Origin: an uncultured Gammaproteobacteria bacterium
Lineage (GTDB): Bacteria; Pseudomonadota; Gammaproteobacteria; UBA4575
Reading direction: 5' to 3'
Assembly (NCBI GenBank): GCA_943789445.1
Contig: CALSUC010000001.1
Span: 97,912-161,911, forward strand
DNA length: 64,000 nucleotides
Made by a program: the position numbers and the translations under genes. Positions 41,763 through 56,251 of this stretch are shown here, one piece after another; position 1 is the first letter of the stretch, and each line of letters begins with the position of its first letter. The notes beneath the pieces were generated by a model that was given only the letters and a program-made list of their open reading frames with translations, was not told where the DNA came from and did no database searches.

Positions 41763-42917
41763 GTGAAGCTTGAGGAAATCCATGCTCAACTTAAGCAGTT
41801 AGGCGAAAGTCAGAGTCTACGCACGCGCCGAACTTTAAATGGCCCGCAGGGTGTGCAAGTCACTCTCGACGATAGTGACTATTTATCGTTTTGTAGTAAT
41901 GACTATTTAGGGCTGGCCAATGACCCACGTGTAATCGCTGCTGCTACCGAGGCCTTACAACAGTATGGTGTTGGCAGTGGCGCTTCACAGATGATCAGTG
42001 GCTATAGCACACAACATGCCTCCTTTGAAAAAGAGCTAGCAAGCTTTCTAGGCGTTGAACGCGTACTACTATTTTCTTCTGGCTACCTAGCTAACCTTGG
42101 TGTTGTTAGCGCCTTGAGTACACGCCATAGCACTATCTTCAGTGATCGCCTAAACCATGCCTCACTGATCGATGCAGCCAAACTGAGTGGTGCGAAGCAT
42201 CAGCGTTATCAACATCGCGATCATCAGGGCTTAAACCATCTACTGCAAAAAAACAATGGCACCAATAAGCTCATTTTGAGCGACGGTGTATTTAGTATGG
42301 AAGGCAGCATCGCACCACTAGCTGAATTGATCGCATTAAAAAAAGAACACCACGCCTTACTCCTTATTGATGATGCCCATGGTCTTGGTGTGCTGGGCGC
42401 AAAGGGAGTCGGTAGCACAGAACAGCTGCAGGTAGATCCAGAAGATATCGATGTTTTAATAGGGACTTTTGGTAAAGCCTTTGGCAGCAGTGGTGCCTTT
42501 GTTGCTGGCAAGCACGACTTGCTTGAGTACATCATGCAAAAAGCACGCAGCCTAATTTACACTACAGCGCCACCCGCAGCCTTAATTGCTGCCTGCGCAA
42601 AAAGCTTAGATATCATTCAAAATGAGCCAGCACGAAGAGCGCGCTTACAACATAATATCGCTTATTATCGAGAACAGATTAAACGCTTACAACAGCCTAG
42701 CTTAGACTCTATCAGTGCTATCCAATCTATAGTCCTAGGCGATAACGACAGCGTAATACGCCTTAGCCAGCAACTGGCAGCTGAAGGTATTTTAGTTTTA
42801 CCAATCAGGCCACCAACTGTTCCAGCCAACAGTGCACGTCTACGCATTACTTTAAGCAGTGAACATTCTAAGGCCGATATCGACCGATTAATTAGCGCCT
42901 TACAGCAATATTTATAA
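41763..42917 (+). CDS. bioF: 8-amino-7-oxononanoate synthase
   Basis: SNDYLGLA, DRLNHASL, DDAHG, GTFGKA, IRPPTVP. Confidence 0.95.
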   Translation: MKLEEIHAQLKQLGESQSLRTRRTLNGPQGVQVTLDDSDYLSFCSNDYLGLANDPRVIAAATEALQQYGVGSGASQMISGYSTQHASFEKELASFLGVERVLLFSSGYLANLGVVSALSTRHSTIFSDRLNHASLIDAAKLSGAKHQRYQHRDHQGLNHLLQKNNGTNKLILSDGVFSMEGSIAPLAELIALKKEHHALLLIDDAHGLGVLGAKGVGSTEQLQVDPEDIDVLIGTFGKAFGSSGAFVAGKHDLLEYIMQKARSLIYTTAPPAALIAACAKSLDIIQNEPARRARLQHNIAYYREQIKRLQQPSLDSISAIQSIVLGDNDSVIRLSQQLAAEGILVLPIRPPTVPANSARLRITLSSEHSKADIDRLISALQQYL

Positions 42918-42927
42918 CCGCTGCTTT

Positions 42928-43599
42928 TCAAAGCAATCCATGCTCTGCCATAGAGTAGGTGTCTTCACCCACAATAATATGGTCTATCACCGCGACATCG
43001 ATCAAGCCTAAGGCCTGTTGTAATCGTTTGGTAATCTGCTTATCGGCATTGCTTGGCCTGGTATCACCCGAAGGATGGTTATGGGCAAAGATAATGGATG
43101 AGGCATTCATTTTTAATACCAGCTTAACGACTTCTCGTGGATAGACATTAGTGCCACTCAGGCTGCCACGAAACAATTCCTCGTAGTGCAATAAATTCAA
43201 ACGCACATCAAGCAAGATACAGGCAAATACTTCATGTTGTTTATGCCGCAGCTTTGTTGCCAAGTAACTCATTACAGAGCCCGGATTATCCAATAGTGGT
43301 TCTACGCTTATACGCTTTTCCATTGCGCGCTCAGCGATCACGGTGATGACCGCAAGCTGCGCATATTTCGCCACACCGATCCCGACAACCTGTTGCAGAT
43401 CAGCCCAGTCAGCATGCAAAATCTTATGCAGACCCCCAAACTGATTAAGCAGTCGTTGAGCCAGCTCAACCGCCGAGCAATCACGTCGGCCATTACGCAG
43501 TATCACTGCCAGTAGCTCTGCATCGGAAAGACTCGCAGCACCACGCTGCAGTAATTTTTCACGTGGCCGTAGCTCTTGTGGGAAATCCTCGATTAACAT
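42928..43599 (-). CDS. radC: RadC / JAB-domain protein
   Basis: RPREKLL, LSDAELLA, AHNHPSG...S..D, DHIIVG. Confidence 0.94.
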   Translation of the reverse strand: MLIEDFPQELRPREKLLQRGAASLSDAELLAVILRNGRRDCSAVELAQRLLNQFGGLHKILHADWADLQQVVGIGVAKYAQLAVITVIAERAMEKRISVEPLLDNPGSVMSYLATKLRHKQHEVFACILLDVRLNLLHYEELFRGSLSGTNVYPREVVKLVLKMNASSIIFAHNHPSGDTRPSNADKQITKRLQQALGLIDVAVIDHIIVGEDTYSMAEHGLL

Positions 43600-43670
43600 G
43601 TCTTTAAATTACGCCCCAAATTAAATAATGCTTTTAAGCAAGAACAGGCTTTCAGGTATACTGCTGAACT

Positions 43671-44912
43671 ATGACTTTACGAAATAAACAAATCGTCATT
43701 GCAGTCACCGGTGGGATTGCTGCCTATAAGACTGCCCAGCTCGTTCGCGAAGTACAAGCGGAAGGCGCACAGGTGCGCGTTGTGATGACCGCTAGTGCTA
43801 CCAGTTTCGTCGCTGCAAAAACCTTTCAAGCACTTAGTGGCAATCCTGTAGCGATCACAGACAACGGTCTATTTGATCAAGCTGGCATGGATCATATTGC
43901 CTTGGCACGATGGGCTGATCTGATTGTCATTGCACCAGCCAGTGCAAACAGCATAGCCAAGCTCATCCATGGTGAAGCTGATGAGCTGCTATATTCCATG
44001 TGCTTAGCACATGAAGGCCAGGTCGCTATTGCGCCGGCAATGAATCAACAGATGTGGTCCAATGCCGCCACACAGGAAAACCTAACCCGCTTACGTAACA
44101 GGGGCTTTTTGATTTGGGGTCCAGCAGATGGTGCACAAGCCTGTGGTGAAGTAGGTCCTGGCCGCATGTTAGAAGTCGCCGAGCTATTACAGTTAGTGGT
44201 AAGCACATTTGAAAATACGGCCTTTGCTGATCAACATATTGTCATTACTGCTGGCCCGACACATGAAGCAATCGACCCCGTGCGTTATATCGGCAACCGC
44301 TCTTCAGGTAAAATGGGCTTTGCCTTAGCCGAAGCGGCTCTGGCTGCAGGTGCGCGCGTTACACTGGTCGCTGGGCCAACAGAACAAACATGCAGTCCAC
44401 GGATTCATATTATTAATGTTGAGACTGCAGCTGAAATGCATCTAGCCGTTTTTCAACAGCTCGATGATTGCGATCTCTTTATCGCCTGCGCTGCGGTTGC
44501 TGATTATCGTATGGCTAATATTGCAGCTGAAAAAATTAAAAAGCGTAGTGAGCATTTAAGCTTAGAGTTAGAACCTACTGAAGATATTTTACGTGATGTT
44601 AAACAAGCGCAGCCAGAACTTTTCTGTGTCGGCTTTGCTGCTGAAACTGAGCATACGATTGAATATGCGCGTGATAAATTAACACGTAAAAAGCTGGATA
44701 TGATTATTGCCAATCAAGTTGGCAGTAGTGAGCAAGGCTTTAGTAGTGACTATAATGCGGTTGAAATACTGACCGCGGATAATCAAGAAAGTATCGCGCG
44801 TATGCGTAAGACCGCCTTAGCTCCAAAAATATTAGACGCCATTCATCAACAGTTACTTAACCGCAAAGAAAACTCTAATGTCCGTTACCTCAAAAAGCCG
44901 CATTCAACTTAA
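43671..44912 (+). CDS. coaBC: Phosphopantothenoylcysteine decarboxylase/ligase
   Basis: [36 protein letters not shown]. Confidence 0.97.
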   Translation: MTLRNKQIVIAVTGGIAAYKTAQLVREVQAEGAQVRVVMTASATSFVAAKTFQALSGNPVAITDNGLFDQAGMDHIALARWADLIVIAPASANSIAKLIHGEADELLYSMCLAHEGQVAIAPAMNQQMWSNAATQENLTRLRNRGFLIWGPADGAQACGEVGPGRMLEVAELLQLVVSTFENTAFADQHIVITAGPTHEAIDPVRYIGNRSSGKMGFALAEAALAAGARVTLVAGPTEQTCSPRIHIINVETAAEMHLAVFQQLDDCDLFIACAAVADYRMANIAAEKIKKRSEHLSLELEPTEDILRDVKQAQPELFCVGFAAETEHTIEYARDKLTRKKLDMIIANQVGSSEQGFSSDYNAVEILTADNQESIARMRKTALAPKILDAIHQQLLNRKENSNVRYLKKPHST

Positions 44913-45348
44913 AGTTTTAGATCCTCGTATTGGTTCAGAATACCCACTACCTAGTTACGCCACTGAAGGTTCGGCGGGCATGGATCTACGCGCCTGTTTG
45001 GATCAAGCCCTGTGTTTAAAACCAGGCGACTGTGAACTCATCCAGACGGGTATATCGATTTACATTCAAGACCCAACACTGGCTGCCGTACTACTCCCAC
45101 GTTCTGGGCTGGGACATAAGCATGGCATCGTGCTTGGCAATCTTGTTGGCCTCATTGATTCTGACTATCAAGGCCCCCTAATGGTCTCCATGTGGAATCG
45201 GGGTCAGGAAGATTTCATTATTGAACCGGGCGATCGCATTGCACAGATGGTAATCCTTCCTGTGGTTCAGCCAGAGTTTGATTTAGTGGATGAGTTTGTT
45301 GCCAGCGAACGTGGTAGCGGTGGCTTTGGCCATAGCGGAAAGAAATAA
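44878..45348 (+). CDS. dut: dUTP diphosphatase
   Basis: [32 protein letters not shown]. Confidence 0.97.
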   Translation: MSVTSKSRIQLKVLDPRIGSEYPLPSYATEGSAGMDLRACLDQALCLKPGDCELIQTGISIYIQDPTLAAVLLPRSGLGHKHGIVLGNLVGLIDSDYQGPLMVSMWNRGQEDFIIEPGDRIAQMVILPVVQPEFDLVDEFVASERGSGGFGHSGKK

Positions 45349-45351
45349 ATC

Positions 45352-47621
<2,270 letters not shown>

Positions 47622-47760
47622 ACATTCCGGCCCCATTTAGGCCGACACTCCAGTATTGCTTTCAGTTGTGCCCTAGACTTATTCCCTCTGCTGGCTATAT
47701 TGTCTAACAAAGGCAATTAATTCCGTGGCAAAACACCTGCCCAGTGCCGTTTAAGCGATA

Positions 47761-48390
47761 TTAAACCCCGTATTGATTACGGTATTCTGTTAATGCCTGC
47801 TGTTGTTCTGCCATGTTTGTCTGCACATAACTGAGAAGATCATTCAATCCAGCAATTGCCAATACTGGAATCTGAAACTGCTGTTCTATTTCTTGAATCG
47901 CACTGGCACCATTTGGACCTTTTTCCTGACGGTCTAAGGCGACGATTACAGCGACCACTTCGGCATCGGAATCCTTAATGATGTCAAAACTCTCACGGAT
48001 AGCAGTGCCAGCTGTAATCACATCGTCGGTAATCACGATTTTACCAGCCAAGGGTGCACCAATTAAATGACCTGCCTCACCATGCGTCTTTGCCTCTTTG
48101 CGATTAAAGGCGACTGCTACAGAGCGCTGATACTGCTGATGTAGAGAAACTGAAATCGTAGTTGCTAGTGGTATCCCCTTATAAGCAGGACCAAATAACA
48201 TGTCGAAGTCGATACCTGAATCAATCAAGCGTTGCGCATAAAATTCACCTAATACAGCTAGATGTTCACCTGTATTAAATTTACCTGCATTGAAGAAATA
48301 AGGACTGATGCGCCCTGACTTGAGGGTGAATTGTCCGAATTGTAATGCCTCGCTATGCATAGCGAATTCAACGAATTTTGAGGTTTCCAT
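47761..48390 (-). CDS. pyrE: Orotate phosphoribosyltransferase
   Basis: FTLKSGRISPYFFN, FGPAYKGIP, DDVITAGT. Start placed at METSKF. Confidence 0.96.
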   Translation of the reverse strand: METSKFVEFAMHSEALQFGQFTLKSGRISPYFFNAGKFNTGEHLAVLGEFYAQRLIDSGIDFDMLFGPAYKGIPLATTISVSLHQQYQRSVAVAFNRKEAKTHGEAGHLIGAPLAGKIVITDDVITAGTAIRESFDIIKDSDAEVVAVIVALDRQEKGPNGASAIQEIEQQFQIPVLAIAGLNDLLSYVQTNMAEQQQALTEYRNQYGV

Positions 48391-48488
48391 AGTGCCTATA
48401 CTGTGATGATAGTTATTAGGGTGCATGCTAAAATAAGCACCTAGTTTAAACGAATTCCCTTACATTCTCCTACATAGAAGCTAGCGCC

Positions 48489-49277
48489 GTGCCTAAAAAA
48501 ATAAAAATAATTTCACTTAATGCCAATGGCATTCGAGCTGCAGCAAGAAAAGGTTTTTTTCAATGGCTAGCAGCACAGGATGCCGATGTGGTGTGTATCC
48601 AAGAAACCAAGGCTCAATTTGATCAGCTGCGAGATAATCCTCAATATCAGCCTGAAGGCTATTATTGTTATTATGTCGATGCGGTCAAAAAAGGCTATAG
48701 CGGTGTTGCCGTATACAGCCGAGAAAAACCACTTAAGGTAATACCTAAATTGGGTGTGGAAGAGTTTGATAATGAAGGCCGCTATCTAGAACTACAGTTT
48801 GAGCACTTTGCTGTCGTCTCCCTATATGCGCCTTCAGGTTCATCCAGCGACGAACGCCAGGCGGCTAAGTTTCGTTTTATGGATATCTTTATGCCGCATC
48901 TCAAAAATTTAAAGCGACGTAAGAAGCCGTATATTATTTGTGGCGATTGGAATATTGCACACAAGGAGATAGACCTTAAGAACTGGCGTGGTAACCGGAA
49001 AAACTCTGGCTTTTTACCTGAAGAGCGGGCTTGGTTAGATGAGCTATTTGATCAGCAGGGTTACATCGATGTCTTCCGTGAGATTAATGATCAAGCCGAT
49101 CAATATACTTGGTGGTCTAATCGTGGACAGTCGTGGGCTAATAACGTCGGCTGGCGTATTGACTACCATATCGCCTCAGCAGAACTCAGCGGCCTTGCCA
49201 GCGATGAAGAGATCTACAAAGACGAACGCTTTTCAGATCATGCACCGCTTATCATTAGCTATCAGTTAGGTAAGTAG
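48489..49277 (+). CDS. Exodeoxyribonuclease III family nuclease (ExoA/Crc-like, catalytic residues intact)
   Basis: NANGIR, QETK, YAPSG, GDWNIAH, GWRIDY, SDHAP. Confidence 0.92.
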   Translation: MPKKIKIISLNANGIRAAARKGFFQWLAAQDADVVCIQETKAQFDQLRDNPQYQPEGYYCYYVDAVKKGYSGVAVYSREKPLKVIPKLGVEEFDNEGRYLELQFEHFAVVSLYAPSGSSSDERQAAKFRFMDIFMPHLKNLKRRKKPYIICGDWNIAHKEIDLKNWRGNRKNSGFLPEERAWLDELFDQQGYIDVFREINDQADQYTWWSNRGQSWANNVGWRIDYHIASAELSGLASDEEIYKDERFSDHAPLIISYQLGK

Positions 49278-50573
49278 GTGAACACATTGGTCGCCACCTT
49301 TAAGGTCTACTGGCAAAAACGCATCTTAGCTATGCTGGCGCTGGGCTTTTCTGCTGGCCTGCCACTATTACTAGTCTTTGGTACGCTGTCTTTTTGGTTA
49401 CGCAAAGAAGGTATTGATCGCACGACGATCGGTTTTATTTCCTGGGTAGCTTTATTTTATGGCCTTAAATTCCTCTGGGCACCACTGGTCGACCATTTGA
49501 GATTACCCCTGCTGGCACGACTATTTGGTCAGCGCCGGAGTTGGTTATTACTGGCACAGTGTGGTGTTTTACTCAGCCTCTTTGCTATGGGCAGCGTCGA
49601 TCCCCAGCAACACCTTGAGCAGTTAGTTCTACTGGCCTTGGTCGTCGCCTTTTCTTCTGCAACACAAGATATTGCTTTAGATGCCTGGCGTATTGAATCT
49701 GCTCCAACCGAAGAACAGGCCGCGATGGCCGCTAGTTATCAACTCGGTTATCGCCTGGGTATGATCTTGGCTGGTGGTGGTGCCTTTTCATTGGCCCATT
49801 TCTACGGCTGGTCTGTCGCCTATCAAGTCATGGCAGGCTTCATGTTGATTGGTGTAGTCACTAGTTTACTAGTGAGTGAGCCACAACGGGCCGCTGTCAC
49901 CGATCATGCTAGTGCTGCTGTTGGGCGTATTCAGCGTTGTGTCCAGTGGTTACGTACTGCAGTAGCCCAACCCTTTGCTGATTTCTTTTATCGTAATGGT
50001 TGGTTTGGTCTAGTGCTGTTACTTTTCATTGGTTGTTTCCGCCTAAGCGATATCACCATGGGTGTGATGACAGGCCCCTTTTATGCCGATATGGGTTATA
50101 CCGAATTACAAGTTGGCTTAGTCTCAAAAACTTTTGGTGTGGGGATGACTATCTTCGGCGCCTTACTCGGTGGCCTATTAGTCACGCGTTTCAAGATTTT
50201 ACCTATGTTGATCGTTTCCAGCATATTGGTCGTTATCACTAATCTAGTATTTGCCGTACTAGCGACCAAGGCTCCCAGCACCTTATTGTTGGCCAGTGTA
50301 ATTACTGCCGATAACATCAGTGGGGGTATTGCTGGCACCGTGTTCATCGCCTACTTGTCTGGATTAACCAACCGCCTATATACCGCTACACAATATGCAT
50401 TGCTGAGTTCGGTGATGTTATTACCGGCTAAATTTATGGGTGGCTTTGCTGGTGAGGTAGTCGATGCACTGGGTTATTTAATGTTCTTTATTTATTCTGC
50501 AGGCCTTGGTCTACCTGCCATTTTGCTGGCCTTATGGCTAAGCAATCGTGAGCGGCAAACAAAAACAAATTAG
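49278..50573 (+). CDS. ampG: AmpG family muropeptide MFS transporter
   Basis: LGFSAGLP, KFLWAP, SATQDIALDAWRIE, TATQYALLSS. Confidence 0.92.
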   Translation: MNTLVATFKVYWQKRILAMLALGFSAGLPLLLVFGTLSFWLRKEGIDRTTIGFISWVALFYGLKFLWAPLVDHLRLPLLARLFGQRRSWLLLAQCGVLLSLFAMGSVDPQQHLEQLVLLALVVAFSSATQDIALDAWRIESAPTEEQAAMAASYQLGYRLGMILAGGGAFSLAHFYGWSVAYQVMAGFMLIGVVTSLLVSEPQRAAVTDHASAAVGRIQRCVQWLRTAVAQPFADFFYRNGWFGLVLLLFIGCFRLSDITMGVMTGPFYADMGYTELQVGLVSKTFGVGMTIFGALLGGLLVTRFKILPMLIVSSILVVITNLVFAVLATKAPSTLLLASVITADNISGGIAGTVFIAYLSGLTNRLYTATQYALLSSVMLLPAKFMGGFAGEVVDALGYLMFFIYSAGLGLPAILLALWLSNRERQTKTN

Positions 50574-51130
50574 GGCTTGATGGTAATTGGAGTGCCATCG
50601 GCAACCATTGACCAGATCTCTAGCATGTCTTGGTTTTCAACAGCTATGCAGCCATCTGTCCAGTCAGACCGATCAAAGCCTAAATGAATACGCTCGACCC
50701 AACTACTGGGTTGGCCGTGGATCATAATTTCACCCCCCGGATTGATACCTGAAAGCTTTGCTGTACGCAGCTGTTCTGGGGTTGGATAAGAGACATGCAG
50801 TGAGCGGAAGAATCGACTGGCTGGATTTCGCCAGTCCAAGATATAGTTACCTTCCGGGGTTCTAGAGTCCCCTTCTTGTTGTTTCTGCCCAACTGGGTTT
50901 TTACCCAGTGCGATGCGATATTCTCGTAAGACATTAGGACCATTCATTAAAAATAGTTTGCGAGCTACCTTTTCTACGACGACATGTGTCACTTGGGATT
51001 TTTCGGCTTTTGACGTGGCTGGCATATATAATTTTGTTACTACCGGTTCTAATAAAAATGCGTCGCGATCATTAGCGAATGCTGCCTGCAGACACAACAC
51101 TAAAACCAGCAGGGAATAGCCATACTTCAT
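50570..51130 (-). CDS. L,D-transpeptidase (YkuD) family protein
   Basis: KQQEGDSRTPEG, IMIHG...WTDGCIAV; signal peptide. Confidence 0.9.
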   Translation of the reverse strand: MKYGYSLLVLVLCLQAAFANDRDAFLLEPVVTKLYMPATSKAEKSQVTHVVVEKVARKLFLMNGPNVLREYRIALGKNPVGQKQQEGDSRTPEGNYILDWRNPASRFFRSLHVSYPTPEQLRTAKLSGINPGGEIMIHGQPSSWVERIHLGFDRSDWTDGCIAVENQDMLEIWSMVADGTPITIKP

Positions 51131-51168
51131 AAATTTCTCTTTTAATACACACTAAATAATAATGGCGC

Positions 51169-51807
51169 TTAAGCCTGACTACGCTTACTTTTCAGCCACT
51201 TCAAAATAGGCTGCCACTGCTCTCTATCAATTGCGCTTGCTGCTGGACCTAACTCAAAAACACCCAAACCACGATCGGCTGCACGGACATAATTTTGACT
51301 GTCTCGTAACGTCGTCAGAAACGGTATCTTTTGTTTACTTAGAAACCCTTCAAGTTCTGCACTGATATTAGTAATACTACGGCAACGATTAGCAACCAAG
51401 GCAACTTTAGCTTTTTTTTGTGCTACGGGTGCACAGCTTTTAATTTCTTTAATGAAGGTACTGGCCGCTCGCATATCAATCGGCGATGGCAGTACGGGTA
51501 TCAGGATGGTCTCTGCTTTTCGTACCAAGGCAGTCAATTCCGCACCATGTACGGCGGCGGGCGCATCCAGTATGACGATATCGGTTTGACGCCTCACTCT
51601 ACCTGCATTGCGTTGATAACCAGCAATGCCTGCTATTGGCGGGCGCGCAGAAGAACGTTCATCTAGCCAAGCCAGGCTGCTGGCCTGTGGGTCGTAGTCA
51701 ACTAAGGTTACATTATTCTGCTGACTGGCGAAGTAGCTCGCTAAATTAGTTGCCAAGGTTGTTTTACCTGAACCGCCCTTAGCATTTAACACCATGATAT
51801 GACGCAT
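51169..51807 (-). CDS. Orphan short ParA-family ATPase
   Basis: NAKGGSGKTT, DYDPQ, ILDAP, IPVLPSPID. Confidence 0.88.
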   Translation of the reverse strand: MRHIMVLNAKGGSGKTTLATNLASYFASQQNNVTLVDYDPQASSLAWLDERSSARPPIAGIAGYQRNAGRVRRQTDIVILDAPAAVHGAELTALVRKAETILIPVLPSPIDMRAASTFIKEIKSCAPVAQKKAKVALVANRCRSITNISAELEGFLSKQKIPFLTTLRDSQNYVRAADRGLGVFELGPAASAIDREQWQPILKWLKSKRSQA

Positions 51808-51911
51808 AACTAGAACCTCTCAATGTAAGCTTTCTTGATAGAACCATTATTAGTTTGAACTATGCCTTTAGTACAAACAAGATCCTACCCATTTAGACTT
51901 TTGAAAAAGTA

Positions 51912-52682
51912 CTATATTTTGAACTCTGCAATCACCGGTGCATGGTCAGAAGGACGCTCCCATGCGCGAGGCGTCTTATCTATTCGACTAAAACTACAGA
52001 CTGAGCTTAATGCTGCGCTGGCGAGTATCAAATCAATACGTAAGCCCTGGTTCCTAGGGAACCCACCGCTGCGGTAGTCCCACCAACTAAAACTGGCTTC
52101 TTCCTGCTCAAACTGACGAAAGGTATCGCTGAACCCAAGCGCACATAATTTCTCTAAGGCTGAACGCTCTAGCTGACTGCAGAGAATTACGTTTTCATTC
52201 CACTTCTCTGGATCATGCACATCACGCTCATCTGGAGCGATATTAAAGTCACCCAACACAACGACTTGTTCGTGCCGACTTTTTTCTTCTTCGATAAAGG
52301 CAATCACCTTTTCCAACCAATCTAATTTGTAGGCATATTTCTCGCTACCCACTTCAGAACCATTCACAACATAGAGATTAATGACGCGCACACCTGCAAT
52401 CGTTGCAGCTAGTATGCGACGCTGGGGATCATCGAGTTGTGGAATGTCGGTGATAACATCTTCCGGCTTTTGTTTTGCCAAGATGGCAACGCCGTTATAG
52501 GTTTTCTGTCCAGAGAATACAACGCGATAACCCGCATCAAGAATTTCTTCTAATGGAAATCCCGGGTCTTGCGTTTTTGTTTCTTGTATTGCGAGCACAT
52601 CTACTGGATTTTCTTCTAACCAGGTCAATACTTGGGGTAAGCGCACACGTAGTGAATTTACATTCCAGCTAGCTATTTGCAT
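51912..52682 (-). CDS. xth: Exodeoxyribonuclease III
   Basis: SWNVNS, QETK, GQKTYNGVA, GDFNIAP, GLRIDL, PSDHAPV. Confidence 0.94.
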   Translation of the reverse strand: MQIASWNVNSLRVRLPQVLTWLEENPVDVLAIQETKTQDPGFPLEEILDAGYRVVFSGQKTYNGVAILAKQKPEDVITDIPQLDDPQRRILAATIAGVRVINLYVVNGSEVGSEKYAYKLDWLEKVIAFIEEEKSRHEQVVVLGDFNIAPDERDVHDPEKWNENVILCSQLERSALEKLCALGFSDTFRQFEQEEASFSWWDYRSGGFPRNQGLRIDLILASAALSSVCSFSRIDKTPRAWERPSDHAPVIAEFKI

Positions 52683-52743
52683 GATCTTATCGGCTCGTTT
52701 TTATCTCAAGCTGTTGGATAGCAGGGTTTTAACAACACCCTGC

Positions 52744-55152
<2,409 letters not shown>

Positions 55153-55173
55153 TCAGCTGCTCCTAAAGCATTA

Positions 55174-56244
55174 TTATAGCACTGCTTTAACCTGTTGATG
55201 TTCCACGTGGAACCATTTAACGGCATCTAAACTAGGGTATTTAACGGATTCGGCGCTAACCGTAGTGATCAAGGTCTGGCTATCCAATTCTTGCAACATC
55301 GACAAGATCCGTTCACAACGAAGCGTGTCTAACTCGGCAGGCAATTCATCGACTAAATACAGTGTTGTGCGCTCTTGTGTCTCGTATAAATACAGTGATT
55401 GCGCCAATCGCATGGCGACAGCTAATATTTTTTGTTGTCCGCGAGAGCTACTTTTAGAGAATTTACGGCCTTGCCAATAAATTTGTAGTTCTGCGCGATG
55501 CGGTCCAACACCACTAAAGTTAGGCAATGGTTGTTGCTGTAATTCCAACTGTAGTTGTTCCGTTAAATTCTTACCTTCCTTCCAACCGCCCTGATACTGT
55601 AGATCAATCTCAGCACCCAAAGCTAATTCATCGCAGATGTAATTCACTAATGGGGTTAATTCCTCACAATAGTGGCGTCGATAGGCATCGATGCGTTCAC
55701 CGCTCTCTGCCATCGGCTTATTCCAAGGGCTCGCATCCATCTGTTCTTTCAGGCATAGATTACGCTGTGCCAAGGCTTTACTATAAATCTGTAGGTGTTT
55801 TCGGTAGTCAGGTTCCACGTGGAACATACCCCAGTCCAAAAACTTACGACGTTCTACGGGGCCGCCCATCACTAATTGGAAAGATTCTGGATGAATCGCT
55901 AACACTGGTAATCGTTGCGCCAGCTCAGACCAGCGTTTTACCGCTTGGCTATTGCACTTAATCTGAGTGTCTTTTGAGTCACGCAGTACGCCTAATCGGT
56001 CGCTACTGCCATCATCCTGCTGTAATTGAGCGGTAACCATGACCTTTTGCTGCTCATGCTGCACCATGTCACTGAATTGTGCGCCGCGAAAACTTTTGCC
56101 ACGACTGAGGAAGTCGATTGCTTCTAAGATACTGGTCTTACCGGCCCCGTTTTGACCATAAAAAACCGATATCCCAGGCTCTAGATCAAGAGTCAGGTCC
56201 TTAAAACAGCGCAGGTTTTGGAGTGTTATCTGACTAAGATGCAT
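55174..56244 (-). CDS. recF: DNA replication/repair protein RecF
   Basis: GQNGAGKTS, RRKFLDW, GPHRAEL, SRGQQK, DELPAELD. Confidence 0.96.
   Translation of the reverse strand: MHLSQITLQNLRCFKDLTLDLEPGISVFYGQNGAGKTSILEAIDFLSRGKSFRGAQFSDMVQHEQQKVMVTAQLQQDDGSSDRLGVLRDSKDTQIKCNSQAVKRWSELAQRLPVLAIHPESFQLVMGGPVERRKFLDWGMFHVEPDYRKHLQIYSKALAQRNLCLKEQMDASPWNKPMAESGERIDAYRRHYCEELTPLVNYICDELALGAEIDLQYQGGWKEGKNLTEQLQLELQQQPLPNFSGVGPHRAELQIYWQGRKFSKSSSRGQQKILAVAMRLAQSLYLYETQERTTLYLVDELPAELDTLRCERILSMLQELDSQTLITTVSAESVKYPSLDAVKWFHVEHQQVKAVL
55199..55214. other. parS centromere-like site 1
   Basis: tgttccacgtggaacc, 15/16 match to the palindrome TGTTCCACGTGGAACA. Confidence 0.85.
55811..55826. other. parS centromere-like site 2
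   Basis: ggttccacgtggaaca, 15/16 match. Confidence 0.85.
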
Positions 56245-56251
56245 GTCTTAA

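Noticed and set aside
42928-43599. radC as a mobile-element or anti-defence marker
   Set aside because: It is the full-length chromosomal type in its conserved position divergent from coaBC-dut.
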